DNA of 64,000 nt. Origin: an uncultured candidate division Zixibacteria bacterium (GTDB lineage Bacteria; Zixibacteria; MSB-5A5; GN15; FEB-12). Shown here piece after piece: positions 21,283 to 32,299 of this stretch. Location of the stretch: assembly GCA_963735035.1 (NCBI GenBank), contig CAVTJJ010000004.1, positions 192,001-256,000 of the forward strand. The letters run 5' to 3'. Position 1 is the stretch's first letter, and each line of letters opens with the position of its first letter. The notes below the pieces were generated by a model. The model made no database searches, had not been told where the DNA came from, and was given only the letters and a program-made list of their open reading frames with translations. The position numbers were made by a program, and so were the translations under genes.

Positions 21283-22563
21283 GTGATGTCAGCCGAGATG
21301 CACGGTCCCCGCGTTCCGCAGCGTTGTTCGTTTTGCGGCAAACCGCACAGCCAGGTCAAGCGACTCTTTTCGGGACACGAATCTTATATCTGCAACGAGT
21401 GTGTGGCGCTCTGTGGCGACTTGCTTCAGGCGGCCCCCGACTACGAGCCGACCGAGGAATTCCGCGATCTACCGCGTCCGGCCGATATCAAGCAGTTCCT
21501 GGATCAATACGTAATCGGGCAGGAAGAAGCCAAGCGGATCGTCTCCGTGGCGGTGTATCAGCACTACAAGCGGATCAACTACGTCACGAAGAATCGGGCC
21601 TCGTCACAGCTCGGTGGCCAAAACGATGATGTCGAGCTCGACAAGGCCAACATTCTGTTGCTCGGTCCGACCGGAACCGGCAAGACCCTGATCGCGCGCT
21701 CACTGGCCAAGTTCCTGAAAGTCCCGTTCACGATCGCCGACGCCACGGTACTTACTGAAGCCGGGTATGTCGGAGAAGATGTCGAGAACATTTTGGTACG
21801 TCTCTTCCAGGCGGCCAATTTCAACCCGCGCAAGACCGAACTGGGCATTATCTACATCGATGAAATCGACAAGATTTCACGCAAAGACGGCAATCCGTCG
21901 ATCACGCGCGACGTTTCCGGTGAGGGTGTTCAGCAGGGGTTGTTGAAAATTCTCGAAGGAACGACCGCCAACATTCCGCCGCGTGGCGGACGCAAACATC
22001 CCGAGCAGGCGTTCGTTCAGATTGATACGACCAACATTCTCTTCATTTGTGGTGGAGCCTTCGATGGACTCGAGAAGATTGTCGCCCGTCGGTTGGGCAA
22101 CAAGAGGGTAGGGTTTGAGGCCGACAACCGCGGCTTGAACGCCAATTCGTCCGAAATTCTCGATCACGTGATCCCGTCTGATCTGATCGAGTACGGTTTG
22201 ATTCCGGAGATGGTCGGGCGCCTTCCGGTGTCGGCGTCGCTGCGGCCACTCGACCGCGAGGCGATGCTCAGCATTCTCACCAAGCCGAAAAACGCCCTTA
22301 CCAAGCAGTACGGCAAGATGCTTGAACTTGAAGGCATCAAGCTGACTTTCGAGCCGGCCGCTCTGGACGCTGCCGTACAGGTGGCGCTTAACCGCAAGAC
22401 CGGCGCGCGGGCGCTGCGGTCGATTTTCGAGAAGACGATGCTTAATACCCTCTATGAGTTGCCGTCGAGACAGGATGTCGAAGAGGTCGTGGTGACGGCC
22501 GAGTCGGTACTCGAAGGAAAGCCGCCGAGGATAGTTCTTCGCGCGGAACGCAAGGCGGGGTAG
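21283..22563 (+). CDS. clpX: Clp protease ATP-binding subunit ClpX
   Basis: CSFCGK zinc finger, [41 protein letters not shown] loop. Confidence 0.98.
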   Translation: MMSAEMHGPRVPQRCSFCGKPHSQVKRLFSGHESYICNECVALCGDLLQAAPDYEPTEEFRDLPRPADIKQFLDQYVIGQEEAKRIVSVAVYQHYKRINYVTKNRASSQLGGQNDDVELDKANILLLGPTGTGKTLIARSLAKFLKVPFTIADATVLTEAGYVGEDVENILVRLFQAANFNPRKTELGIIYIDEIDKISRKDGNPSITRDVSGEGVQQGLLKILEGTTANIPPRGGRKHPEQAFVQIDTTNILFICGGAFDGLEKIVARRLGNKRVGFEADNRGLNANSSEILDHVIPSDLIEYGLIPEMVGRLPVSASLRPLDREAMLSILTKPKNALTKQYGKMLELEGIKLTFEPAALDAAVQVALNRKTGARALRSIFEKTMLNTLYELPSRQDVEEVVVTAESVLEGKPPRIVLRAERKAG

Positions 22564-22590
22564 GGTTTCGTTTACACCGAGACAGAGTTT

Positions 22591-22625
22591 AAGGCCGAGC
22601 GGCATTGCCGCCCGGCCTTTTCGTT
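22591..22625 (+). terminator. Intrinsic terminator after clpX
   Basis: AAGGCCGAGCGGCA-T-TGCCGCCCGGCCTT followed by TTCGTT. Confidence 0.7.
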
Positions 22626-22641
22626 GTCCGGCAGAAATTCT

Positions 22642-22840
22642 CGTAGGGCAGAACCACCTTGGAGTTCTGCCATGCTTCGACAGGCTCAGCATGATCGTTG
22701 CGTCGGGTCTTGTCCCCGGCCCACCGTAGGTGGGGCGGGGATGTGACCTGACGCGTGACAGAGAAACAGACGTAATATCCTCCAGGCGTCAGGTCACACC
22801 CCCGACTTCGTCGTGGGCAAGACCTGACGCAACCTATCAA
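22642..22840. repeat. REP cluster
   Basis: GTAGGGCAGAAC...GTTCTGCC, CTTCGACAGGCTCAGCATGA, GCGTCAGGTCACAC...ACCTGACGC. Confidence 0.75.
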
Positions 22841-22932
22841 TTGGGGCCCACGATGCAACCTGAGAATGATATTGACCGGAGACCTCAGCCACTATTCCTT
22901 GCATCAACTTGAAAGCGTATCGGTAAGGAGTC

Positions 22933-23418
22933 TTGATGATCCCTCGCATTAAATTGATAGTCGACCTGTACGGAGTCTCTGAACGACTGGCGCTGAAAGC
23001 GCTAGGAGAAATGAAACCGGAAGACCTGTACGAACGGCCAATCGACAAAGCCAACTCGTTTCACTGGGTGTTTGGCCATATTGCGTCGTCGCGCTACGGC
23101 CTGGCGCGGGCGCTCGGCCTGAAAGAAAGTGTGGTCTGGGGTGAGCTTTACGATTACGGTTCGGACGTGTACGACGTTTCGAAATATCCTACGATCGAAG
23201 AAATCCACACTGCTTTCATTGATATCACAAAGAAGCTGAAAGCGCGTTTCGAGACGTTGACTGATGAAGACCTCGCAGTCGAACCGCCCTTCACTATTCC
23301 AGGGATTGAGAAGAATGCCGCCGGGACGCTGTCGTTTCTCTCGCTTCACGAGAGCTATCATGTAGGTCAGCTCGCCTATATTCTGAGGCTTCACGGCCGT
23401 GACAAGCTGACGGGGTAG
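22933..23418 (+). CDS. DinB/DUF664 superfamily protein
   Basis: NSFHWVFGHI and LHESYHVGQL histidine motifs. Confidence 0.85.
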   Translation: MMIPRIKLIVDLYGVSERLALKALGEMKPEDLYERPIDKANSFHWVFGHIASSRYGLARALGLKESVVWGELYDYGSDVYDVSKYPTIEEIHTAFIDITKKLKARFETLTDEDLAVEPPFTIPGIEKNAAGTLSFLSLHESYHVGQLAYILRLHGRDKLTG

Positions 23419-23428
23419 CGGATAAAGA

Positions 23429-23640
23429 GTAGGTCAGGCGGACTTGACGCCTGACATCTGTATTCGTAGGTCGGGTTCCGAGTGTTGATGAGTTAAGCGA
23501 GAAACCCGACATTCCCACGTCATGGCAACACCGTGTGTCGGGTTTCTTGGTCCATCGCTCCGCTCAGGCCCGGCGGAACCCGACCTACTAGTTATCCCCG
23601 CCTGATCTCTGGGTGCCCCGCCTGAAGCGGGGCAAGACAT
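23429..23640. repeat. REP cluster including an inverted doublet
   Basis: GTAGGTCAGGCGGACTTGACGCCTGAC; GTAGGTCGGGTTCC...AAACCCGACA and its inverted partner ending GGAACCCGACCTAC. Confidence 0.8.
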
Positions 23641-23666
23641 TCATAAACGTATGTTCTGGATTGTGA

Positions 23667-24275
23667 TCAGACGCAACATCCTAGCGTCAGCAACTCCCGT
23701 TGTAATTGCTCGGCCGAGTTAAACTGAATCCCCCGTATGCCCATCATCCGGGCGGCATCGACATTGACCGCGATGTCATCGATGAATATCACCCGTTCGA
23801 CCTGTCCGGCTTTCTCCCAAGCAGCGCGGTAGATCGCCGGGTGTGGTTTGAGCTGACCAACTTCATAAGACAAAACGCACTTTTCGAATTCCGCCAGTAT
23901 CGGAAATTTCTGTCGAGCAAACTCCCAGTGCCAGATGTTGGTGTTCGATAGTATGATCAACGGGTGATGCGGTTTCAAACGGCGAATCAGGTCGGACACG
24001 TCCCGATTCTCCGTGAACATGTCCGCCCAGAGGTCATGAAACTCCCGCGTTGTCAGCTTGATACCCAGTGCCTGAGACACGGCTTCGGTGAACTGATCGC
24101 CGTCGATCAACCCCTGTTCGAAGCGTCGTTCGAGATTATTCTCGTAGATCAAGTGCGCGACTTCGACGGCGCTCTTGCCGATCCTCTCTCCCAGAATAGC
24201 ACACGGTTTCAGTGGATCGAAGGGCAGGATGACATTGCCGAGATCGAATATGAGCGTAGCCGTGGCGGGGCTCAT
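23667..24275 (-). CDS. HAD-family phosphatase
   Basis: LIFDLGNV, ILSNTN, KPHPAIY, FIDD; start MSPATAT overlaps the upstream stop. Confidence 0.92.
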   Translation of the reverse strand: MSPATATLIFDLGNVILPFDPLKPCAILGERIGKSAVEVAHLIYENNLERRFEQGLIDGDQFTEAVSQALGIKLTTREFHDLWADMFTENRDVSDLIRRLKPHHPLIILSNTNIWHWEFARQKFPILAEFEKCVLSYEVGQLKPHPAIYRAAWEKAGQVERVIFIDDIAVNVDAARMMGIRGIQFNSAEQLQRELLTLGCCV

Positions 24276-25171
24276 TTCCAGAAGAATCCCACGATGTACT
24301 GAAGCGCGATAACCATCAATGCGGCCACGAGAATTATTTTGATCACCCGTGGCGATACGTGTCTCTGCAGGCGAGCGCCGACATAAACGCCAAGCGCTCC
24401 ACCAATTCCAAAAGATAGCCCCAGCCACCAGTCCGGAATCATGACAGCGCCGGTAGGTGAGAAGAACGGGCTGATGAGCATGTAGATCGCCACACCTACC
24501 ACTGAAGTCATGAACGTGCCGAGGAGCATTGCACCCGCGATCGAGTGCACGGGGAGGTGGTAGATCGCCACGAAATACGGCGATAGAATCGCCCCACCGC
24601 CGATACCATAAATACCGCCCACGATGCCGACGATCAAGGCGATCATAACGACTGACCAGGTATTCACGACGTAAGTCTGGCCGTCGTATTCGTAGGTGAA
24701 TTTCCGAAGACCGAGACGCTGATACGTGATCTGTCGCTTGATTGGTCCGGTGTTGTTGTTGGCCACCGGCTGTTTGCGGAAAACATCCTGTGTCAGTTTG
24801 AGCGCCAGGTGAAGCAGCACAAAACCGGCGAACAGTTTGAAATCGGTCGGGTCGGGGAGATATTTCAGGCGGATGAACGCCCCCAAAATCAGCCCCGGAA
24901 GCGTCCCTATCGCGGTCGCCCAGGCGAGCGACCAGAGCATCCGGTTTTCGCGGTGGAACCGCCAGATACCGGACGGAATCGCCACCACGTTGTAGAGCAT
25001 GTTGGTGGGGCTGACGGCCGGTGAAGTGTATTTCAGTACCGACACCGAAAAGGGGAGCAGGATAAACGACCCGGTGACACCGCCGGTCGAAGTAAGTGAC
25101 GATATGCAAAACGCCACCAGGGCGGGCAGCCACCAATAGGTCTCTACGCCGGAAATGGGAAATGTGACCAC
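24272..25171 (-). CDS. TauE/SafE (sulfite exporter-like) membrane protein
   Basis: GGVTGSFILLP, GGIYGIGGGAILSP, multiple TM helices. Confidence 0.88.
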   Translation of the reverse strand: MVTFPISGVETYWWLPALVAFCISSLTSTGGVTGSFILLPFSVSVLKYTSPAVSPTNMLYNVVAIPSGIWRFHRENRMLWSLAWATAIGTLPGLILGAFIRLKYLPDPTDFKLFAGFVLLHLALKLTQDVFRKQPVANNNTGPIKRQITYQRLGLRKFTYEYDGQTYVVNTWSVVMIALIVGIVGGIYGIGGGAILSPYFVAIYHLPVHSIAGAMLLGTFMTSVVGVAIYMLISPFFSPTGAVMIPDWWLGLSFGIGGALGVYVGARLQRHVSPRVIKIILVAALMVIALQYIVGFFWK

Positions 25172-25815
25172 TAACGCAACTCCAGGCGATACATGGGGCG
25201 GGTCTTGGCCAGGCGCTGTACTTCTTTGAAACCCAGGCGCTGGTAGATGATTTCCGGGCCGGTGTATGAGAACGCGGCGGGGAGTTTCTGGCCATCCGAA
25301 GTCAATGTAGTGGGGTAGGCTTCGATAATTTTGCCACCCCTCTTCCGTATTGCCTTCACCGCACCCGCCACCAGCTCTTGCGATAGCCCCAGGCCTCGGC
25401 AGGTCTTGTCGACAAAGAGGCAATTGACCGACCAGATGTCGGTTTTCCGGTCAGTGTCGTCATCAGACAGAATATAAGCCTTGGTCCGGTCGAGACGGGG
25501 GAATTCGGTGCGAAGCCCGAACGCACACCATCCTACCGGGTGGTCACCGTCGAGGGCGATGGTGCCGTGTGCCTGACCCGATTCGACAAGTTTCTTAAAG
25601 GCCCGACGGTTCGGTTCGCCTTTCGCCTTTTCCCAGGCCTGTCCCCCTTTTTCGCGTCGCCAGTGCATACACCAGCAGCCGCCGCAAGCGCCCCGGTCGC
25701 CGAACAACAGCCTTACCAATTCCCAGTCCTGGGGGGTGATTTCTCTGACCTTGGGTTGACGCAAAGCAGTAGACACGGGGACAAAGTAATAAACCAAAGT
25801 GTCTCGGACAATCAT
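25171..25815 (-). CDS. GNAT family N-acetyltransferase
   Basis: GACGGCWCMHWR, VGWCAFG, CRGLGLS, IEAYP. Confidence 0.88.
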   Translation of the reverse strand: MIVRDTLVYYFVPVSTALRQPKVREITPQDWELVRLLFGDRGACGGCWCMHWRREKGGQAWEKAKGEPNRRAFKKLVESGQAHGTIALDGDHPVGWCAFGLRTEFPRLDRTKAYILSDDDTDRKTDIWSVNCLFVDKTCRGLGLSQELVAGAVKAIRKRGGKIIEAYPTTLTSDGQKLPAAFSYTGPEIIYQRLGFKEVQRLAKTRPMYRLELR

Positions 25816-25864
25816 ATCTTGAAGCCGGGTCGGGATTTATGAATATGGGAAAACCGGAAAGGAC

Positions 25865-25893
25865 TTGACCGAAATTCGTGAAGCCGATATAAT
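25865..25893 (+). promoter_or_regulatory. sigma70-type promoter
   Basis: TTGACC-N17-TATAAT. Confidence 0.75.
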
Positions 25894-25974
25894 CAGCCCA
25901 TCGATGATTTCTCGGGCCGGTTTAGGTAAGCCGAAAATAGCCGGCACGTACCCTTCACTTTGGCGGAGGTGAAT

Positions 25975-27918
25975 ATGACGACCATTTGGAAATATTTGGG
26001 AGTGGCGCTGACTCTTATCGGATCGACCTGTGCATTTGCAGGAGAGGGCGGGATAGACCTGATGACCGTGAATATCGATTCACTGATCAGCAAGGCTCCG
26101 TCAATAGACACCCTGTCCACCTACCCTTACATCCTGTTGCTTGACAAATACGACATTCTGGTCAACCGTGATTACACATCTACCGCCACCGCCCATTCTC
26201 TTACGCTCCTCACCAACTCCGAGGGCATAAATGGGGCCGGTACGACCACCATCCGATATAGGGACGGTTATGATTCAGTGGTAATCGATGTAGCCAGATC
26301 CGTCGGGCCGGACGGAACCGTCTACATTGTCCCGGCCGACCAGATCATTGACAACATAGCCCCGTCAGATTTAATGGACAACGATCTCTACACTGATCAG
26401 CGACAGATGAGGATCAATTTCCAGGGCCTGCGTGTCGGATCCATTGTGGAGTGCAAGTATACAATCAAGAGGTATCGGGAGTACTTCCCCGGTTTCTCGG
26501 GCAACTTCTGGTTCAATTACAGAGCGCCCAGCCGGCTGGCCCTGGTTTCAGTGCGATACCCGGAGCCGCTCCCTCTGTTTTCCAAGCTCTACCGAACCAA
26601 TATCGAACCGACCGTATCGCTGCAGAATGGATTCGTGACCAAGACCTGGCGCATGGAAAACATCCGAGAGCTTCCGCAAGAACCGGGTCAGTTGCCATTG
26701 TCGGACTTGAACATGCGCGTCGAACTCTCCAGCTTTACCGAATGGGATCAGTACGCGAAGGTCTTCTATGATTCTCTGTGGGCCCCTGACCTGATGACCC
26801 CGCTGGGCGAGTGTGAGCAGGCAATCCTGACTTCGCTCGACCTTGGACCCCTCAGTGCCACGGACAGACTGAAGCGTATCTATTACTGGTTGCAGGATAA
26901 CATGCGTTACCTGGGCTTTGAAATGGGCGTCAACAATCTGCAACCTCACGCGTCCTCGATCATCTGCCGCAAACTCTACGGCGACTGCAAGGATTTGACT
27001 AACCTGCTGGTGAAGCTACTACGGCAGGAAGGGATCAAGGCCTGGCCCGCCGCTCTGAACACCAGGATGGTCTTCAACGATGATTCCTTCGCGGCGTACG
27101 CGACCCTGAATCATGTGATCGTCTTCGCTTCCGACGTCGATGGCAAGGATTACTGGCTGGACCCGACTCTTGACCACGCGTCCCTGGGCTCTCTGCCCCC
27201 ATCGGTCCAAAACGGCATGGCACTAGTTCTGGGAAAAGATAAGGATGTTGTACGTCACATTCCCCCGATACCATCTAGCATCGACCGGAAGAAAATAACA
27301 CGCCGGGCGGTGATTGATACGCTCGGCCGGGGCAAGGTAGAGAATGTCGCCGAGTTCTCAGGGATATACAGCGTCGGTCTGAAATCATATCTGGCGCAAC
27401 TGAACCAGGAGCAGCTCACCAATATGTTTCGGTCAAGCGTCCCTCCCTCGTCGCACGATCTGCAGTTCGAGGTACGCGGTCTCGGTGATTGCGATTCCGA
27501 CCTGACAATTGTCATGTCATTTGCGGACGACAACATCGCACAGGTAGCCGGTAATCTTATGATAATCAAGGCGAGCGGAAACGACATTGATTTCGACAAC
27601 TCCGGGGGAATTGAGAAGCGCACCACTGATGTCTTTCTTGGCTTCACTCCCTCAATCCAGGTAGAGAGCGAACTGACCTATCCGCCCCAGTACCGGGTCC
27701 AGTTCCTGCCCAAAGATGTCAACCTGGAGTCCGATTTCTTTAGCTTTACCCGCCGTGTTGAGGCGAACGACTCAGGCAAAGTCAGGGTGGTCAAGACCGC
27801 TGTCGTAAAAGCACCCGTCGTTCCACTTGCGATGTATGAGAAATATCGATCGGCTCTCCAGGAGATGTTTGTGGCTCAACAGGAAGGTACAATTCTCGAG
27901 AGAGTAGCAAAACAATAG
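25975..27918 (+). CDS. Secreted DUF3857 plus transglutaminase-like domain protein
   Basis: Signal peptide; GLRVGSIVE; YGDCKD, LNHVI, WLDPT (Cys-His-Asp triad pattern). Confidence 0.88.
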   Translation: MTTIWKYLGVALTLIGSTCAFAGEGGIDLMTVNIDSLISKAPSIDTLSTYPYILLLDKYDILVNRDYTSTATAHSLTLLTNSEGINGAGTTTIRYRDGYDSVVIDVARSVGPDGTVYIVPADQIIDNIAPSDLMDNDLYTDQRQMRINFQGLRVGSIVECKYTIKRYREYFPGFSGNFWFNYRAPSRLALVSVRYPEPLPLFSKLYRTNIEPTVSLQNGFVTKTWRMENIRELPQEPGQLPLSDLNMRVELSSFTEWDQYAKVFYDSLWAPDLMTPLGECEQAILTSLDLGPLSATDRLKRIYYWLQDNMRYLGFEMGVNNLQPHASSIICRKLYGDCKDLTNLLVKLLRQEGIKAWPAALNTRMVFNDDSFAAYATLNHVIVFASDVDGKDYWLDPTLDHASLGSLPPSVQNGMALVLGKDKDVVRHIPPIPSSIDRKKITRRAVIDTLGRGKVENVAEFSGIYSVGLKSYLAQLNQEQLTNMFRSSVPPSSHDLQFEVRGLGDCDSDLTIVMSFADDNIAQVAGNLMIIKASGNDIDFDNSGGIEKRTTDVFLGFTPSIQVESELTYPPQYRVQFLPKDVNLESDFFSFTRRVEANDSGKVRVVKTAVVKAPVVPLAMYEKYRSALQEMFVAQQEGTILERVAKQ

Positions 27919-28210
27919 TGCGGGGACAAACAGGATCCCGCCGGGACCGCAGTCATTTCGTGCGTCAAGTACGGTACCGCGGGTGAGCCGGTTCTTCGGC
28001 CCCATACCCCTGTTTGATCTGTCCGGGAGCAGTTGCTTGGCCGGCAGCCTCTTAGGTCGAATCGACGGAAGTCCAAAAACCACTTGCTTTTGGGCGTAAT
28101 CGGAACTCATATTGGAACGATTGGGCGATGCCGAAGGTTGTTCGGCAACGGGCGGAAGATCGCCCCTAAGATGGAAATAGATGTACTAGTTGGAATAGAG
28201 GTGCACTCAC

Positions 28211-28546
28211 ATGAAGTTTAAGGATTTCGAGGCCGACGGCGGTGTGATCGTTCTTGAGCTATCCGGAAAGATCATGGGTGGTGAGGAAACCACCATGTTT
28301 CATGGCAAGCTGCATGAATATATACAGGCGGGCAAACGCAGTTTCGTGATCGACTTGAAGAGTGTCGAATGGATGAACTCGGTCGGCCTCGGAATGTTGA
28401 TTTCTGCCCTGACCACGGTCAAGAACGCCAAGGGCCGTCTGGTCCTGGCCAATATCACCAATATCGAATCGATTCTTTCGATGACCCGTCTGATCTCGGT
28501 GTTCGAGCATTTCGACAGCCAGGCGTCGGCTCTCAAGACGTTCTGA
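28211..28546 (+). CDS. STAS-domain anti-sigma-factor antagonist
   Basis: FVIDLKSVEWMNSVGLGMLI with the phosphorylatable Ser. Confidence 0.92.
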   Translation: MKFKDFEADGGVIVLELSGKIMGGEETTMFHGKLHEYIQAGKRSFVIDLKSVEWMNSVGLGMLISALTTVKNAKGRLVLANITNIESILSMTRLISVFEHFDSQASALKTF

Positions 28547-28715
28547 ACGGTCGTCTCAGACGCAATAGAATTCAGCGCTCTGCCCATAGCAGAGCGCTTT
28601 TCTTTTGGCTGCGGACGCTCTATATTCCCGGCGAGTAGGAATGACGCAACAACGGCCAGCGTCATTCGTCGTTGTTACTGACTTTGCAGGCAGAGGAGCC
28701 GCCAAGGAGACCGCC

Positions 28716-31217
28716 GTGCACCTGGAAAGAACGCTAACTGTTACCCTGCTGTCATTTCTGTTCCCTTGTCTATTCGTAACAAATCTGTCCGCTCAAGCCC
28801 CGGCCGCACCCGCGCCGGACTTTCATCCGGTGCTCGACGTTCGCCCGGCCGCCGGAGCCATTACGATCGACGGTGATCTGTCCGATCCGGGGTGGGCCAA
28901 TGCCGCGCGGGCTACCGGATTTGTCGAAGTCAATCCCGGCGATAACCTGACTCCGTCGGTGCGCTCCGAGGCCATGATAACCTACACTGAGTCGCATCTG
29001 TACGTCGCCATGATCGCCTGGGACGATCCCAAACAAGTGCGCGCGTCGATATGTGATCGGGATGCAATATTTAGCGATGACTACTTCGGTATCTTGCTCG
29101 ATACTTACGGCGATTATGCCTGGGGATACGAACTCTTCATAAATCCGCGGGGGATTCAGGGCGACCTTCGCCTCACATCGGACGGCAATGAGGACATCTC
29201 ACTCGACCTGGTGTTCGAGTCACGCGGAATAGTTACCGACAGTGGCTACCAGGTGGAGCTGGCCATCCCGTTCGCGTCACTCCGGTTCCCCAACCGTCCG
29301 GATCAGACCTGGCGGATGAATTTCTGGCGTGACCGCCAACGCGACAACCGGTTCCGCTACTCCTGGTCGGCCCAGAGCCGTGACAATAATTGCTTCATCT
29401 GCCAGTGGGGCACCCTGAACGGGATAAAGAACGTCAAGCCGGGCAGCAATCTGGACATTCTTCCGAACATACTGGCCTATCAGTCCGGCTCGATGAACAA
29501 TAGTTCGTTGCCGGATTCTCGTTTCGAGAACCGTGACCCCGATGCCGATCTGTCGTTGAATGCCCGCTACGGTCTTTCAACTAATTCGTCGGTCGAGTTG
29601 GCCGTCAATCCGGACTTCTCCCAGGTCGAATCGGATGCCGGGCAGATCGACGTCAACGAGACTTTCGCCCTCTACTATCAGGAACGGCGGCCGTTCTTCC
29701 AGGAAGGGAGCGACCTGTACGGGTCCTATCTCAACGTCATTCACACTCGAACCATCAACGACCCGATCGTAGCCGGCAAGTTTACCGGACAGTTCGGACG
29801 TTTTTCAATCGCGTATCTCTTGGCCCGCGACGAACACACGCCGTTGATCATCCCATTGCGAGAGCGAAGCGAGGCGCTGGCGTTGGAGAAGTCCACGGTT
29901 AACATCCTGCGCGGCCGACAAACGCTTGGGCAGGATTCGTATATTGGTTTCGTTCTCACCGACCGGCGTACCGATGCCAACCACCGTGTGGATACATTGT
30001 ACTCCCCAATTGATGATACCCTGTATGAGAGAACGACCGATCGGGTCGATTATACTTCCGGCGCTGGATCAGTCTACGGTATCGATGGGCGCTTTCGGTT
30101 TAACCAGAATCTTTCATTCGATTTCATAGGATTGGGCAGCCATACCATGGAGCCTTCCGGCAGCGGCCTCTTGCCCCTCGACGATCCTTCAGAGACTTTT
30201 GACTACGGTACCCATACCCTGGCACTGGACGGCGAGAGCTTCAACGGCAGCGCCCTCTACGCGGCTCTCAATCGGGGCGGCCGGTATTGGGATTGTACCC
30301 TGTCGTATCAGGATGCCTCACCCGCGTTCCGGGCGGACAACGGCTGGATCACATCAAATGATCGTCGCGAACTGAACCTCTGGAACGCAGTGACTTTCCG
30401 GCCCAATCGGCCCTGGTTGGTGTCCTGGGGGCCACGACTTAACGTCGGCCGAGTCTTCAACTACCACGGGACCGTCAACGTTGATCCCGGGACATTTGAT
30501 TCGGATTCCCGCGATGAATGGTTCATGCCGGAGATCTACCTGGGCTCGAAAGGCCAGACCGAAATCGAGTTCGGGTACCTGGCCAGCCGCGAATGGTATC
30601 ATGGACAACTATTCACCGGGATCAGCCGCGGCTTTATGAACGTGAACACCACTCCCACCGGATGGCTGCAACTCGGATCTTCCTTCGAATACGGTAAGAA
30701 AGTAGCGCGGGGGTTGGTACTGCCGGATGGGAAAAGGGTCCTGGGAATCTTGAGCGACTTTTCACTCTGGGGCACTCTCCGACCGACCACCCGACTGCAA
30801 ATCGATCCGTCCTACTTCTTTCAGAAGATGAGCTTCCGGGACAATTTTCTGGAGAGCCATCCAGACGTGCCGAAAATCATCTACTCGGTTTCCATCTTTC
30901 GCACCCGCTTCAATTACCAGTTCAGCCGCGAATGGTTCTTACGACTCGTGCTCGAATACGGTGACAACAACGACTCACAGGTGCCCAATTACCTTCTGGT
31001 CGAACCGCTCCTGACCTATCGCATCAACCCATTCACCAAGTTCTACGTGGGCGCGAGCTGGGGGGGATCGCATTTCGCCGCCGACTACGAATTCAATCGC
31101 GAGACAACTCTCGGCGACGGTTCAATCGAGTTACATCCCAATCGTCTGGATACCCCTGTCTGGCGGCTGGAGCGGGCGCAAGTGTTCGCCAAGCTCCAGT
31201 ATCTGTTTAGATTGTAG
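28716..31217 (+). CDS. CBM9-like/DUF5916 outer-membrane protein
   Basis: ITIDGDLSDPGW, ELAIPFASLRF, NPDFSQVESD, ERRPFFQEG, C-terminal AKLQYLFRL. Confidence 0.85.
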   Translation: MHLERTLTVTLLSFLFPCLFVTNLSAQAPAAPAPDFHPVLDVRPAAGAITIDGDLSDPGWANAARATGFVEVNPGDNLTPSVRSEAMITYTESHLYVAMIAWDDPKQVRASICDRDAIFSDDYFGILLDTYGDYAWGYELFINPRGIQGDLRLTSDGNEDISLDLVFESRGIVTDSGYQVELAIPFASLRFPNRPDQTWRMNFWRDRQRDNRFRYSWSAQSRDNNCFICQWGTLNGIKNVKPGSNLDILPNILAYQSGSMNNSSLPDSRFENRDPDADLSLNARYGLSTNSSVELAVNPDFSQVESDAGQIDVNETFALYYQERRPFFQEGSDLYGSYLNVIHTRTINDPIVAGKFTGQFGRFSIAYLLARDEHTPLIIPLRERSEALALEKSTVNILRGRQTLGQDSYIGFVLTDRRTDANHRVDTLYSPIDDTLYERTTDRVDYTSGAGSVYGIDGRFRFNQNLSFDFIGLGSHTMEPSGSGLLPLDDPSETFDYGTHTLALDGESFNGSALYAALNRGGRYWDCTLSYQDASPAFRADNGWITSNDRRELNLWNAVTFRPNRPWLVSWGPRLNVGRVFNYHGTVNVDPGTFDSDSRDEWFMPEIYLGSKGQTEIEFGYLASREWYHGQLFTGISRGFMNVNTTPTGWLQLGSSFEYGKKVARGLVLPDGKRVLGILSDFSLWGTLRPTTRLQIDPSYFFQKMSFRDNFLESHPDVPKIIYSVSIFRTRFNYQFSREWFLRLVLEYGDNNDSQVPNYLLVEPLLTYRINPFTKFYVGASWGGSHFAADYEFNRETTLGDGSIELHPNRLDTPVWRLERAQVFAKLQYLFRL

Positions 31218-31271
31218 CGGAAGAACGGCTATTCCGACAGAGTAACGCCGGAAAGTCAGGGATCGTGCGCC

Positions 31272-32051
31272 TTATTGTGTCGCGACGCCTTGACTCGGAG
31301 CGCCCGACGCGGAATTTGTCCGGTTACGGGGCTTTAGCACATTGCGAAGCGTGTAGGCCAGTTCCATGTTATGAAACGGCTTGGCGAAATATCCGTCGGC
31401 GCCCAGGTTGGCTAATTTTTCCGGCGTGTAATTTCCGGCGTAGCCAGTGATCAGGATAACGGGGGTAGTGGGAGAGACTTTCTTGACGTGTCCCAGCAGA
31501 TCAAGTCCCGTCTTGCCGGGCATGAGGACGTCGGTAACAACCACGTCAATCTTGTTGGCTTCGAACATCTTGACGGCCTCGTCCACGTTCGAGGCTAAGA
31601 CCGGCCGAAAGCGTTCGAGCGTGAGAAAGTCAGCGAGCAATTCCCTGATGGCCGGTTCATCATCCACCACCAGGATGTTGGTCCGGCTGTTGCGGGTGGC
31701 CTGATGAATCTTGGAACGAAGCGTTTCCGCCGTGGTCGGCAGAACGACTATATCTTCGATGCCGAGAGTCATGCACTCCGAAACGACCTCGCTGGTAATT
31801 TCGGCCCCGCCCATAATGATCGGCAGAGACCCCAGCCGGTGGTCGCCCCTGAGCTGACGGACGAGCGGCAAAGCGCTTCCGTCGGTGCCAACACCGTCAA
31901 GCATGACCAGGTCGATATCAGGATTGGACTCGATTATTTTGAAGGCTGCCCGACAGGAATCGCTCTGTTCTACGGTCCAGCTCATTTGCTGCAACCAGTA
32001 GGTAATTTGATCCCAGTTCCCCGTACTGCGGGCAACTATAAATGCCTTCAT
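31272..32051 (-). CDS. Tandem receiver-domain protein (pseudo-REC plus REC)
   Basis: Second half ILVVDDEP, VTDVLMP, AKPF; first half REC-like but degenerate. Confidence 0.87.
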   Translation of the reverse strand: MKAFIVARSTGNWDQITYWLQQMSWTVEQSDSCRAAFKIIESNPDIDLVMLDGVGTDGSALPLVRQLRGDHRLGSLPIIMGGAEITSEVVSECMTLGIEDIVVLPTTAETLRSKIHQATRNSRTNILVVDDEPAIRELLADFLTLERFRPVLASNVDEAVKMFEANKIDVVVTDVLMPGKTGLDLLGHVKKVSPTTPVILITGYAGNYTPEKLANLGADGYFAKPFHNMELAYTLRNVLKPRNRTNSASGAPSQGVATQ

Positions 32052-32118
32052 TTACATCCTCTGTGTCGATTCGTGGCGAAACTGCGGGCCGATGTATTTC
32101 TACACGCCTCTCAGAATA

Positions 32119-32146
32119 GTATCGGAAGTAGTGAAAACTTCCTTGA
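32119..32146 (-). promoter_or_regulatory. Putative sigma28 (FliA/WhiG-type) promoter
   Basis: TCAA-N16-TCCGATAC upstream of the gene starting at 32051. Confidence 0.5.
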
Positions 32147-32299
32147 GATCGACAGAGATGATTGATTTTCCAGGCGATGGAGAACGATTCTCGGAATTGT
32201 CCAGATTGATCTGGTCAACGTTAAGTCGTTGACCGGCCTTCCATGGATCAACGCAGCTTAGAATCAGACGTGCCTCAGTAGTCTCATATTTACCAGCAT

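Noticed and set aside
23667..25423. 542-aa and 383-aa overlapping ORFs as fusion proteins
   Set aside because: They resolve into three adjacent genes (GNAT, TauE, HAD) with overlapping stop/start codons; the extensions are out-of-frame read-through of neighbours.
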